DNA of 64,000 nucleotides. It comes from Eledone cirrhosa. Lineage: Eukaryota. Both the position numbers and the translations under genes were made by a program. The notes beneath the pieces were generated by a model. It had not been told where the DNA came from. It worked only from the letters and a program-made list of their open reading frames with translations, and made no database searches. Of the stretch, positions 38,626-52,139 are shown piece by piece (the stretch's first letter is position 1; each line of letters begins with the position of its first letter). The stretch covers positions 235,848,001 through 235,912,000 of the forward strand of contig OZ024740.1 of assembly GCA_964016885.1 (NCBI GenBank). Reading direction: 5' to 3'.

Positions 38626-38799
38626 TATGTATATATATTGTTATACTTTGGGATGGTAATGTTGCCAATAAAAACACACATACCTGTTGGTTTTCACTTC
38701 AATTTATTATAATTTTCCGGTTGGTTGGTTGGTGGTTGGTTGGTTTGATAACCGGAACGTTGTTTAGATATTGTGAAAGCTCTTTCATCACACCTCCTC

Positions 38800-38922
38800 A
38801 AAAACGAATTATCCCTGCAGGATGAAAAACAAAATTATCCCTGCAGGATGAAAAACAAAAACGAATTATCCCTGCAGGATGAAAAACAAAAACGAATTAT
38901 CCCTGCAGGATGAAAAACAAAA
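38800..38922. repeat. Tandem of four ~28-33 bp units
   Basis: AAAACGAATTATCCCTGCAGGATGAAAAAC repeated four times. Confidence 0.9.
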
Positions 38923-39529
38923 CCTGACAAAGGGCAGAGGAACTCATATGAGTCAATGGCCATCCAATAGTATGTACATATGTATATATCGTGTTGTTGT
39001 GTAATTATGTATATGCTAATTTAAGTGTGTGCAGAGCTGTAGTGGCTGTCACTGGGTGGTCTTATGTGGTATCCCTGTGTGTCCCAGTGTCTGTTCAACA
39101 TGCCACTCAGGGAACTAATGACGCACAATATATGCTCATTCAAGCTAAGCACCCTAGCCTCTCTCAGTGGTCAAAAGTCATATCCTACATGAGATGCCTC
39201 TGATATGGCTGTCATAGGGTAGTCTAGCAGAACAGGTCAGATCTAGAGGAGTAAGCCTCAATAAAAATCCTGCTTATCTCATAGTAAGCAGTAGTTTATG
39301 TTATGATCATCGGTTTAATTAGGTGACCTGGGCATCATGAACACCAGTGGCTTCGCAGATGATTTACTATTAATTCAACAATAGGTTGGCACAACTGCTC
39401 CAGTTAGCAGATCTATGAATATGCAGATGTGGCGAGCTACATATATTCTAATAATTACAAAAAGCAAAATGTATGCTTCACCTTCATGAAGGGAAGAAGA
39501 GAAGCATACACACACACACACATATATAA

Positions 39530-39566
<37 letters not shown>

Positions 39567-39781
39567 AAGGCGTGTGGCTGAGTGGTTAGAGAACTGGATT
39601 CGCAATCGTGAGGTTGTGAGTTTGATTCCTGAACCGGGCGATGCGTTATGTCCTTGAGCAAGACACTTTATTTCACGCTGCTCCTTCTACCTGGAGTTGC
39701 GACCGATAGATAGTATTAGCAATTGGAAAGACCAATGGAAACACTGTTTCCTCGGTCCGATTTGACGAAAGTCGATCGTTA
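39567..39781 (+). mobile_element. Full-length tRNA-derived SINE, tail type II
   Basis: GGCGTGTGGCTGAGTGGTTAGAG A-box, GAGTTTGATTCC B-box, core, tail ending GTCGATCGTT; (TA)n both sides. Confidence 0.85.
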
Positions 39782-39782
39782 G

Positions 39783-39813
<31 letters not shown>

Positions 39814-39848
39814 CTGTACCGATTGTTTTTCTTTTACATACATATATA

Positions 39849-40325
39849 CTAGTCAAATTACCCGTGTCTTGCTGCGTTTCACACATTTTTTGGGGTAAGA
39901 AAATGATTGATTTTAAATCAGTGATATAATTTATGGAGAAAAACTCTGCATTTCAATATTACTCAATGTAAAATGTAATGCATGAAAATTTGGAAAACAT
40001 TAATTTTTGTAATATATCAAATTAAAATTACATTATTAAATCTTATTCTTATTTTGTTTCTTGAAAATAATTTTTTTCACAATATCAATTCAAAACTTTT
40101 GTCATTTAACTATGGTTTAAATTTCATATAAATCGAAGGGAAAAAATTTTCAGCGGGTGTTTGTGCCCCCGGGAAACTCTTTGATTAAAATGAAATATAC
40201 TTATCCAAGTACCCTGGGCAATGTAGTTTCAGAATATATATGGTTATGGGGGTCTATCTCCAAAACAGGAGGAGTTTGTGAACAAAGAAACAAACAGACA
40301 GGAACTACAACTTTATATATATAGA
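39849..40325 (-). mobile_element. Non-autonomous Helitron
   Basis: Minus strand A|TCTATATATATAAAG...CTGTCTGTTTGTT near 5' end; GC-rich CGCAGCAAGACACGGG ~12 nt before CTAG|T. Confidence 0.7.
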
Positions 40326-40419
40326 TATATAGCTAAATAATGACAAGTACAAGAACTCATAAGAGACACAGACAAACGGAATACTCACTTCTTCAGCTAG
40401 CAATGTTGTTTTTGATGCA

Positions 40420-42501
40420 TAACTACACTACACCAATTACCTGTGGTACTACACTAGTGACCAGTGGTACTACACTAGTGACCAGTGGTACTACACTACA
40501 TGAGTGACCAGTGGTACTACATCACACGAGTGACCAGTGGTACTACACTACATGAGTGACCAGTGGTACTACATCACACGAGTGACCAGTGGTACTACAT
40601 CACACCAGTGACCAGTGGTACTACATCACACGAGTGACCAGTGGTACTACATCACACCAGTGACCAGTGGTACTACATCACACCAGTGACCAGTGGTACT
40701 ACATCACACCAGTGACCAGTGGTACTACATCACACGAGTGACCAGTGGTACTACATCACACCAGTGACCAGTGGTACTACATCACACGAGTGACCAGTGG
40801 TACTACACTACACCAATGACCAGTGGTACTACATCACACCAGTGACCAGTGGTATTACACCACACTGTTGACCAGTGGTACTACATCACACGAGTGACCA
40901 GTGGTACTACACTACACCAGTGACCAATGGTACTACATCACACGAGTGACCAGTGGTACTACACTACACCAGTGACCAGTGGTATTTCACCACACCAGTG
41001 ACCAGTGGTACTACACTACACCAGTGACCAATGGTACTACATCACACGAGTGACCAGTGGTACTACACTACACCAGTGACCAGTGGTATTTCACCACACC
41101 AGTGACCAGTGGTACTACACTACACCAGTGACCAGTGGTACTACATCACACGAGTGACCAGTGGTACTACACTACACCAGTGACCAGTGGTATTTCACCA
41201 CACCAGTGACCAGTGGTACTACACTACACCAGTGACCAGTGGTACTACATCACACGAGTGACCAGTGGTACTACACTACACCAGTGACCAGTGGTATTTC
41301 ACCACACTACAGCACTCACCCTCACCAGAAAGCTGTGGTCATTTAGATAGCACCAGACCATATTGGGCCGCAGTGGTCCTACACTACACTACTGACCAGT
41401 GGTGCTACACTACACCAGTGACCAGTGGCATTTCACCACATTACAGCACTCACCCTCACCAGAAAGCTGTGGTCATCTAGATAGCACCAGACCATATTGG
41501 GCCGCAGTGGTCCTACACTACACTACTGACCAGTGGTGCTACACTACACCAGTGACCAGTGGCATTTCACCACATTACAGCACTCACCCTCACCAGAAAG
41601 CTGTGGTCATCTAGATAGCACCAGACCATATTAAGCCCCAGTGGTCCTACACTACATCAGTGACCAGTGGTATTTCACCACATTACATCACTTAACCTCA
41701 CCAGAAAGCTGTGGTCATCTAGATAGCACCAGACCATATTAAGCCCCAGTGGTCCTACACTACATCAGTGACCAGTCGTATTTCACCACATTACATCACT
41801 TAACCTCACCAGAAAGCTGTGGTCATCTAGATAGCACCAGGCCATATTAAGCCCCAGTGGTCCTACACTACATCAGTGACCAGTCGTATTTCACCACACT
41901 ACATCACTCACCCTCACCAGAAAGCTGTGGTCATCTAGATAGCACCAGACCATATTAAGCCCCAGTGGTCCTACACTACATCAGTGACCAGTGGTATTTC
42001 ACCACATTACATCACTCAACCTCACCAGAAAGCTGTGGTCATCTAGATAGCACCAGACCATATTAAGCCCCAGTGGTCCTACACTACATCAGTGACCAGT
42101 GGTATTTCACCACATTACATCACTCAACCTCACCAGAAAGCTGTGGTCATCTAGATAGCACCAGACCATATTAAGCCCCAGTGGTCCTACACTACATCAG
42201 TGACCAGTGGTATTTCACCACATTACATCACTCACCCTCACCAGAAAGCTGTGGTCATCTAGATAGCACCAGACCATATTAAGCCCCAGTGGTCCTACAC
42301 TACATCAGTGACCAGTGGTATTTCACCACATTACATCACTCACCCTCACCAGAAAGCTGTGGTCATCTAGATAGCACCAGACCATATTGAGTCCCAGTGG
42401 TCCTACACTACATCAGTGACCAGTGGTATTTGACCACATTACATCACTCACCCTCACCAGAAAGCTGTGGTCATCTAGATAGCACCAGACCATATTAAGC
42501 C
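40420..42501. repeat. Hierarchical minisatellite: 26-bp units followed by 134-bp and 108-bp units
   Basis: AGTGACCAGTGGTACTACATCACAC(C/G) about 30 times; CCAGAAAGCTGTGG at 41325, 41459, 41593, then every 108 bp to 42457. Confidence 0.95.
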
Positions 42502-42544
42502 ATCTTAATTTTATTTCATTTAAATATTATTTAATATGAAATAT

Positions 42545-42728
42545 GGTGGATTGGCAGTATCAGTAGAGGGTCGGACGCCATGCTTTCCAGCATAGTTACG
42601 GCCCTTTACGATCTGAGTTCAAATCCCGCCGAGGTTGACTTTGCCTTTCATCCTTACGGGGTCGATAAAATAAAGTACCAGTAATGTACTGGGTAATTGC
42701 TGGCCTTGTGCCTAAAGTAGAAACAATT
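42545..42728 (+). mobile_element. Full-length SINE (Nin/Deu-like core) with probable target-site duplication
   Basis: Intact copy; ATTATTTAATATGAAATAT occurs immediately before and immediately after. Confidence 0.88.
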
Positions 42729-42824
42729 ATTTAATATGAAATATTGAATTCAATAATCATCTCCCCACTCTATGCTTCATATTGCTGAAATTGGTACAAC
42801 TGATACTGCAGTGGCTGCAAAGTT

Positions 42825-43232
42825 TACTTGTTGTTGTTGTTGTTGCTGTTGCTGTTGCTGTTGCTGTTGTTGTTACTGCTGTGATATCATTGTTGTTACT
42901 GTTGTTGTTATTGCTGTTATTGTTATTGTGATATTTTTGTTGTTACTGTTGTTGTTGTTGCTATTATTATTGTTGTGATATCTTAGTTGTTGTTGTTGCT
43001 ATTATTGTTATTGATGCTATTGTTAGTCTTGTTGTTGTTGTTGCTATTGTTGTGATAACGTTGTTGGTGTTATGGGTTGTGATAATATTGTTGATGTTAT
43101 TGTTGTGATAATATTGTTGTTACTGTTGTTGTTGTTGATGATGTTATTGTTGTGATAATATTGTTGTTACTGTTGTTGTTGTTGCTATTTTTTATTGTTA
43201 TTACCTGATAGTTATTGTTGTTGCTACTATTG
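42825..43232. repeat. Degenerate (GTT)n/(GCT)n simple repeat
   Basis: TGTTGTTGC/TATTGTTG runs. Confidence 0.9.
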
Positions 43233-45676
43233 TAATAAATGGTAATATCTGTATCCCGTATAGGAGCGGCAACAACTGTAAATAAGCTGCAGTGGACATA
43301 AACAATACAGGGTACTGGTGGTGTCATGGCTAACCAAGTAGCAGTCTTGCAAACTAATAACTGCCAGATTCAAATCCCTGTCCTGAATCATTGAAGCTGC
43401 TGGACTATTGAATGCCTTGTCCAGTCTGTCCGCCAGGACTGTAGGGCAGCCAGCACGTGGGACCCCATTTGCTCATAATACAGAAAGATGGGGGGAGAGT
43501 GATAGAGGTGGTGGCGATGACAGTGGGAGTTTGGTTCTTCCGTGTTTGGACACATTTGTCAAACTGTAGTTTTTATGAAACAATTGTACCATAAATTAAG
43601 AAGGTGATAGATAGATAGGTCATTTAATCTTACTGATTTCGATAATTCAACTGAAGAGACCAAATTGAGATATTGCCTTCGTAAAGAAGACATGAAGATA
43701 TATGTGCCAGTCTCATACAATCACATATATATTCACGTGTGGTGTGTAACTATGTTTACCAATCCATTTATCAACCATTACCATAATCCACATTATCTAG
43801 ATCTATTATCAACACCAACTCACTTCTCCCATGCCAGATTAGTGTAATGATGGGCACGTTGTTAGGAAGGGTATTCAGCTGTAGCGACCATATATGATTT
43901 GAACTCAGAATATAAAGAGCTGGAACAGATACTGCAATGTATTTTGTCCAACATTCAAACAACTTAACCAATCCACTGAATCACAAGAAGAAAGGAAAGA
44001 AAATGTTTAATTCTTGGAAAAGATCTTTATGTAGCAAAGTATTTGAGGAAGTAGTAGGGATAATTTCCATCACATTACACATGCAGTCATATCACCAGTA
44101 TTATAAGTAAATATTAAGCAGAGTAATTGTATAGATGTAGCAGGGTACACCCATTTACACCCTCTTACACACACTCACTCTGCATATTCGTCTGTTTTGG
44201 ATAAAAGAGGCTATATTTTTCTGATTTCTACCTTGAATAACAAAACAGACATACAGAATAATTCTGGATATGCTAATGATTTTCTGGTTGTTAAAATGGC
44301 AGAAAACTTTTGAGTGAATGAGTGGAATAAAGAAATGAGCCATGTACAAATACAGAGGCAGTTTTGTGTGTCTCATACATCACATATAATGTTACAAACA
44401 TCAACTATTGATTAAGAACACAAGAAATACTTGTTATTTCTTTCTCTTTTCCTTCTTTCTTCCTTTATTTCCTTCTTTCTCTCTTTTCTTTTCTGAAAGC
44501 TATTTTATAGCAATAGGCTTTTTAATCAAACCATTTCTCTTACCAAAATTTTATTACGAACAATGTTCTCAATGTTCTTGAAAAACTCAATTGCTGAGTG
44601 ATGACAAAAATTTACATTCCTTCTTGATGTAATTTTTTTTTTTTGTATTTGTTGTTGTTTTTGCATTGCTCTTTGCTTTTTAGTTGTGTTTTGTTCCTCC
44701 AATGCATTTCTTTCAGTATATGAGAATGGTGTATGCAAGCATTCAGTACATGGTACTCTGAAGAATATTTCAACAGTGACAGAGACAAAGAAACATGAGA
44801 CTGTGCAACAGAAACAATTTCCTTGCCAATTTTAACTTGAACCATTTTAGTCAAAATCTTCCTCTTTCACCCACAATATTTCATTCTAATCATTTCCATT
44901 CCACTGAAACATTTTTTTTTCATTTCCATTTTCTAACATTATTCTTCTGCTTCACTCATTTTCTTTTCTTATCGTTCATTGTTTGCATTCTTTCTTGTTT
45001 TTCTTTTACTCTTTTTCCATTCTTTCATTTTCTCTTCCTTTCACTCTTTTACCAGTCTTTTATATTTCATTGATATGTTTATCTACACCTCCCTCTCTTC
45101 TCACATTCAGTTGTTGCTGTTGTCCATCATGATGTAATATTTGATGTATTTTAACAGTGTTTCTGCCTAGCTCAGCCCTCTCTATCTCACACTAATAGCC
45201 TGATTTCTCTCTCTCCTTATAACTGCATTACATCTATTTTATATTGGTTATTATTTATATATCTTTATTATTTTACTGGTACCAGTATATTATTTATATA
45301 TCTTTATTATTTTACTGGTACATGGTTGGGGGCCATGATGTGACACTACAATCAAGGATTTCAAATGATTATATTAATTATCAACCCCAGTGGTAGAGAA
45401 GCCAGTCATATCAAAATCAATCATGTGTAAAAGGTGTTAACTGTGATAGATTTAAGCACCAACTAAGATTAAGACATTTGTCGCTTTTGTCACTTTCCTT
45501 TTTTAGCCACTGGAACGACTTCTCATCTCAATGCCCTTCAGTATTTCAAAACAATTTCTTTGAAAGTTTTTCTGCTCATATCATTGCTTTCTAGTAAGAC
45601 CACTCCTTATACTGCTACATAATTCCTTTGGTTCCCTACTTCTGTCATCACAAAGTCTTCTATGCTTGAACTCTCT

Positions 45677-45855
45677 TGCTCTGGAACCCGGACTCCAGCC
45701 TGACTAGGAGTAGGAAGCTGTCATTCCCTGCCGTTATCTCTAGGGATATGGGAATCAGTAGACAGGACCTGGGGGCGGCGATGGGGGAGAGGGAATTCTG
45801 GGGCATGAGAGTGAGATCCATCATCTCGACAGTAGTCGACGAGTGGTGATGATGG
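45677..45855 (+). mobile_element. 5'-truncated LINE 3' end with 14-bp TSD
   Basis: TGCTTGAACTCTCT at 45663-45676 and 45856-45869; encodes LLWNP...RKLSFPAVISRDMG...AAMGEREFW; short (TGA) tail. Confidence 0.8.
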
Positions 45856-46291
45856 TGCTTGAACTCTCTGTCTTCTGTTGCTATCTGTAGTTGTAGGGCT
45901 CTGTATATTGTCTTCACTTTCCTTGTTTTTTTTATCACCATCATCATCATCATCATCATTTCTTTTTAAATTGACTTATGTTTAGTTCAAAAAAGTTCAT
46001 TCTGATTACATCAACGTTTTTTAGTAAACAATGCTATCAATCAAGGCTATTATATGTTTTTTTTTGTTTTTTTTCTATTATCATAAATATAAAATTCAGT
46101 TCCTATTGTTTGAATCCCATTAACTCAAGTTTATTTATCTTTTATTACATACATTCATGAATAATAATGTAGTTGATCATGTAGGATCAAAGAATGGTTC
46201 TTCAGAGTAATTAATGGTTCACTGTACTACGGAAACTGAGAATAGCAAGCTTGCATTTTATCTACTGAGATGGTTTCAATTGTAGCTTTAA

Positions 46292-46494
46292 CCCTTTTGA
46301 TATCAGCCAAACCAGCCCTGGTTCTATGAAACAAAACCACCCATTTTAAAGGGTTGTATTTAGATTTAAATTTTTTTAAATAATTTTATGCAAGAACCAT
46401 ATTTTTCGTTATCAATCTTAGTAATGAAATAATAAATAATTTATTAATTATGTGAAATAGAGTATATTTCATTAGATATACTGTCATGAAAGGG
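46292..46494. mobile_element. piggyBac-like MITE
   Basis: TTAA-CCCTTT ... AAAGGG-TTAA; related TTAACCCTTT-led fragments near 22258, 47513 and 55562. Confidence 0.6.
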
Positions 46495-48267
46495 TTAAGA
46501 ACTTTGTTTCATGTATTATATTAAGTGTAGAAAATTTCTAATCACTGGATGGGTCCTGGGATCAGGTAACAGAATGTGTCCAAGTGTAAAGAATGTGTCC
46601 AATATTCTAATAGATTGTAGCTTGTGTACATTTTATTAAGAACTGTTGTTGTAAAAACCTGTCTCCTGTGATGCAGGCTGTTGATAGAGAGGCTTACTCC
46701 ATCAACTGTGATGATCCCAAGAGCTTTTTTTTTGCACTGAGTTAAGTAAGTCAAGTATGTTATGTGTAGTATTCATGTAAGAATAGACAGGTATACTTGT
46801 CGGCAGCAGACATGTGCAGCTTGTTTGCTCTAACCATAACTATAACTGAGTTTGAACTATATTAATTTATATGACAAAATATACCTGACTGAAAACTTTA
46901 TATATGTGTGTGTACGTGAACACACACACACACACACAAATATTAAATGGCTGAGAAATTTAGATTAATGTTAGAAAAATAAAATTATAATTGCCATCAA
47001 AATGCTGTTAATGAAAACTTAATTGTTTGAAGTGTGTGTTATAATTTCATTTTTTTTTTTGTTAGTCAAAAGAGGAGAAAGGTGATGTAAAGCTTTGTAG
47101 GCTCTCTAGATTGGAGGAGAAATTTGTATGTTGATAAACATCTCTAAGATGATGTTTGCCAGCAGGAGAAAATTCCAAAGGATTACAGTTCTGAGGAGTA
47201 ATGATTGGGGAAAACTTGTTTTACATTGTGGGGTTTTGAAAGAGATCTCATCAATCATAGAGGATCTGCAAAGGCCATGAGTACAGCCCCTTCTTCCGTT
47301 AGGAAAAACAAAATATGAGCCTGTTGGGTGTATTATGTGTCTGAGTAGATGGGAAATGCAGCTAGATATTTAAAAGAAGACAAGATTTTTAGGGTAGTGA
47401 TTCATGATACAGAGAAGAAACAACATATCTATGAGCCAAAGGATGTAGTATTTAGTTAGTTGAATCTTTGTTAGTCAGTCAAATTACTTTCTTTTGGATG
47501 AAGTTTAGAATGTTAACCCTTTAGCACTTATACTGGCTGTATCCAGCCAGAATTCTCTCACCTCTTTCTGTTCAAACCGGTTGTAACTGGCCACTCATAC
47601 TTATGTTCTCAAAATAAATATCAAAATCTCATAGATTTGATATTATGTGAGATATTGTGGGAGATAAAGCCTTTAACACGAAAATACAATAGTATATATA
47701 GAGTAATGTAAATGTTAATGGATTTATGCAAGGAGCTATAGCAATGTCTTAGATATTTGAGCAGTACTTCAGTGTGGGTCTTACTTAATCTTGATGGAAG
47801 GTTAGAAAATTATGATAGCTGAAATAATATTTGAACCTAAAAGAAATAAGAGTTTTTATGGTGCATTTTTTACAACGTTATATATGTAGAGTCCCGCCGA
47901 GGTTAACTTTGCCTTTCATCCTTACGTGGTCGATAAAATAAAGTACCAGTAATGTACTGGGTAATTGCTGACCTTGTGTCTAAAGTAGAAACAGTTATAT
48001 ATGTAGAGTCACTATAAGAGATCATCAGAGATTGTGCAGTCTAATATTTGTATTGATTCAGAGTTTTCCATTATGTGTTATTCAGTATTTGAAAGGAAAC
48101 ATACAAGTTTGCTTCCTTGACATGTGTAGTGATCAAACCTTTGTATTGTTGAAAGAGATTAGATTGGTTTGTCTGCATTGTTTGATATTTTCAAATGTTT
48201 CTCCCATGAGGACAAGCTGACATCTCCCATGAAGATAACCTGAAGTATAAATCCAGTGAAGCCTCCA

Positions 48268-48776
48268 GCCAACACTGTAAAGTGGTTGTGTAGGTGTCAC
48301 AGCAAAAAACACCCAGTCCACACTATCAAGTGGCCATGTAGGTGTCACGGCAAAAAGCACCCAGTCCACACTGTCAAGCGGTCATGTAGGTGTCATGGCA
48401 AAAAGCACCCAGTCCACACTGTAAAGTGGTCATGTAGATGTCACAGCAAAAGGCACCTAGTCCACACTGTAAAATGGTTGTGATGGTGTCATGACAAAAA
48501 GCACCCAATCCACACTGTAAAGTGGTTGTGTATGACAAAAAGTGCCCAGCTCACACTGTAAAGTGGTCATGTAGGTGTCACAACAAAAAGCACCCAGGAC
48601 TCACTGTAAGTTGTAGTTGGCACTAGGAAGGTCATCCAGCTGTAAAAACCAAGCCAAAATTGGTCCTGTATGAGCAAGACATGGTCACCTGACCTAGCAT
48701 TGCTCACAATAGGATAACTCGTCCTACCCATGCCAGCATGGAAAATGGACATTAAACGGTGATGATGATGATGATT
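48268..48776 (+). mobile_element. RTE-tailed SINE body with expanded ~42-bp internal tandem (about 8 units)
   Basis: CACTGTAAAGTGGT...GTAGGTGTCA...AAAAAGCACCCAGTCCA repeats, then GGAAGGTCATCCAG and GGACATTAAACGGTGATGATG. Confidence 0.85.
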
Positions 48777-49417
48777 GTCGTAGTACAAGTCTGGTGAGAG
48801 ATTAAGTTGCATGTAGATAAGGTTTGTGTGCACAAGGTTAAAAAAAGAGCAATTAAGGATTATATCATCTACATAAGCATATGTATTGTTACAAGTGATT
48901 GATATGTGTGTTTTAATTATTGAAGTGTGTGTTTTAGTGGTTGAAATGTGTTTTTAATGAGATGTGTGTGTTTTAATGATTGTAGTGCATGTTTTAATGA
49001 CTGACAAGTGTGTTTTAGTTATTGAAGTGTGTTTTAATGTTGAATTGTGTGTTTTAATTATTGAGGTGTATTATTTTAGTGGTGTAGGTGTGTGACTTAG
49101 CTATTGAAGTGTGTTTTAATGACTAAACACACACACACATGGGTGGTTTAACGATCTGACACCATTTTTGAAAACATCTAAAATGAATTTCTATGAGATG
49201 TGCTTCTAATGTCCACTTAATTTACATTTTAAAAATTGTATTTTATTGATTTTCTTCAGTGGTATGGAAACTGTTAAATAATCTCCCCATACAAATGCAC
49301 ATTATCACACATATGCATACATACATATGCATGAACACATTTCTGCCATAGGGCTATTTATTGAGTCTGTACTTTTGTATTAATTAGAATTCCTACATTT
49401 ATCATATATATATATTA

Positions 49418-49756
49418 AGGTGCATGGCTTAGTGGCTAGAGTGTTGGACTTACAATCGTTAGCTTATGAGTTTAATTCCTGGACCTGATGATGTGTTGTG
49501 TCCTTGAGCAAGACACTTTATTTCTTGTTGCTCCAGTTAACTCAGCTGTAGAAATGAGTTGTCACTGGTGCCAAGCTGTATCAGCCATTGCCCTTCCCTT
49601 GGACAATGCCAGTGGCGTGGAGAAGGGAGACTGGTATGCATGGGCTACTGCTGGTCTTCCACAAAAACACCTTGCCTGGACGTGTGCCTCAAAGGGGAAC
49701 TTACTAGGTGCAAATCCCATGGTATTCATGACCGAAGGGGTATTTATCCTTTACCC
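49418..49756 (+). mobile_element. tRNA-derived SINE, tail type III
   Basis: Same head and core (TGTCCTTGAGCAAGACACTTTATTTC), different 3' half ending CATGACCGAAGGGGTATTTATCC. Confidence 0.75.
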
Positions 49757-49791
<35 letters not shown>

Positions 49792-49793
<2 letters not shown>

Positions 49794-50190
49794 AGCAGTT
49801 GACAATGATGATGCTGTGCTAGTATGACACCATCTAGTATTACTTGGTTTACAAAATGTGTGGTTAAGGTGTGACCTACCGACCCAGATGCTTTCAGCAT
49901 CTCAGCAACTATTCCCAATGGACTGGCTGCTTTCCAGGTCTTCATATCCTTAATTGCCTTACTATTCTGCTGCTGACTTGTACAGCTGGGGCCCTCTGTA
50001 GGGTCCATTTGGGGATAGGGTCTCTTTCTGCCATGCATTCTCCTCCTTTAGTAATCTTCCATAATGGCTTTTCTACACAGCTTTCTTTTCGGCGCCTGTG
50101 AGAATAAGTGCACCTTTATCATCTTGGATACACTTCTCACCAATGACATCATAATTTTCCCTAATGCACTGCCTCACAATCCTGGACACA
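49792..50190 (-). mobile_element. RTE LINE fragment
   Basis: AIKDMKTWKAASPLGIVAEMLKASG. Confidence 0.75.
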
Positions 50191-50208
50191 CACGCACATT
50201 ACATACAA

Positions 50209-51500
50209 TTGTTCGCAATTTTCAACTGCTAATTTTATGCAAATTTTTTTTACTTCCGTTGTCACTCTTGTCTTCATAAAAACAGTGACTATATTTCCAT
50301 TATTTATTTTCTGAATAATTGATTATGAATAATTTTGAACCTCCAAATTTGTGGAAGAGACACGGAGTTCTTCTTGGAATCCGTGCTGGGAGGACAAATA
50401 AGGAAATTTCAGACTTTCTCAGTGTCAGCAGGAGAATGGTGGAAAAGGTCAGAAAGGAATTGGAAGATTCAGGATTCGACTACGAAGCAACATCAGAGAG
50501 GAAAACACATGATCAACGATCTGACGCCTTCAGAATGTCCGAGTTCGTCGCTGAAGTTCAGGATCTCATCAACAATGAACCTAGCAAGTCGATGCGTGCC
50601 ATTGCAAGGGAGAAAGGCGTGGATGAAAAGCTCATTAGGCTGGTGGTACATGAAGACATTCGCTACGTTTCATACAAGATGAGGAAAGGACAATTTCTGT
50701 CAAAGGCGATGCAAGAAAAGCGACTGATGCACGCAAAGAAGCTGATCAACAAGTTGAAACACCCACTGGAGCCAGACATGCTGTGGTTTTTCTCCGACGA
50801 GAAAAACTTCTGCCAAGACCAGAAGATAAACTCCCAGAACAACAGGTGACTCGCTGTCTCATCCAAAGATGTGCCCAGAGTCATGCAGACAAAGTTTCCA
50901 GCAACGACATTGGTCTTAGGTGTCGTCAGCAGTCAAGGTGACGTCATGCCACCTCACTTCTTCCCTGAGGGCCTCAAGCTGAACACCGATTGCTACATCC
51001 ACGTCCTGAGCGAGGTAGTAAAGCCCTGGATTGACCAGGTAGCTGCAGGTAGGCCGTACATGTGGCAGCAAGATTCAGCGCCCTGCCATACCAGCCAAAA
51101 GACCCAAGCCTGGCTGTCAGAGAACTTTGTCAACCACACTTCACCTGACATCTGGCCTCTCAGCTCACCTAATGACTGCAACCCCCTCGACTTCTTTGTG
51201 TGGGGCGCAGTGGAACTAGACACCAACAGATCTAGCTGCAATATGAAAGACGATCTGAGGGCCAGAATCACAAGTGCCTTAGGGGTCTAAGTCGGGGGAC
51301 AGTGACGAAGGCTTGTAGCCGGTTCCGAGGCCGCCTTGAGGCCATCATCAAAGCCAATGGCGGGTTTATCGAGTGAGATCGAAAGAACAAGTCATGAAGA
51401 CAAACTGACCCAAGTTTGATAAATATATCTTAAAAAATAAAACTACTGTGTTATTTTTTCCTAGACAGTAATCTTGTGAACAAATATCGTCCGCACCCTG
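50209..51500 (+). mobile_element. maT (DD37D) transposon, second copy, left TIR clipped
   Basis: Close match to 37330-38625 in opposite orientation; TGG>TGA stop at 50847; right TIR ends CCCTG-TA. Confidence 0.92.
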
Positions 51501-52139
51501 TATATCATCATCATATGTCTGCTTTCCATACTGGCATGGGTTGGATGTGTTGTCACAGTCTGAGTCAATTCTTATTAAGAATTACTACCCATCTGGACAT
51601 GTTGGTAACCACATCACACTCATGTTTCAAACTTTATGGTTTCTACAGCTGGATGCCCTTCCTACCATAACCACTTTACAAAGTGTATTGAGTATATTTT
51701 ATCATATTCTCAAAAAACTAAACAGCCTTTTCTACCTTATGTTGTCACCAATTCAATCACTGACCCCTTTACAGAGTGTACTGAATATATTTTATTAGGA
51801 CACCAGCACTACAGGTTGTTTTGTCTGCTGCAGAGCAAGGCTAGTGAGACCTCTACATTCCATGAAGTTTCCATAACTAAAAGGGTGATTTGAAGATAAG
51901 GAATGACCAAGAGTTGAAAGAGGAGAGAGTATGATTTATGGAAGGGGAAATAGAGTGGTAAGTTAGAAGGAAGGCGGGTATGAGTGTTGGGTAGAAAATT
52001 GAGTAGTGATTGAATAGGGAATAAACATGAGAAACATCACTCAATACTAATAGGGGGTATGTCGTGTTAGGGGAGAGTATGTGATGGGTACCAGAGAAAA
52101 GGAGGGATAGATTTCTACCAAGTTTATGTGTGAGAGAGA

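Noticed and set aside
39755-39795. Hammerhead in SINE tail II (TTGACGA...GAAA)
   Set aside because: Core C missing, stem II weak, GAAA absent in the 8990 copy
40420-42501. CRISPR-like array or repetitive protein
   Set aside because: Sequences between repeats are themselves repeated rather than unique spacers; no cas genes; the 108-bp unit has stops in all three + frames
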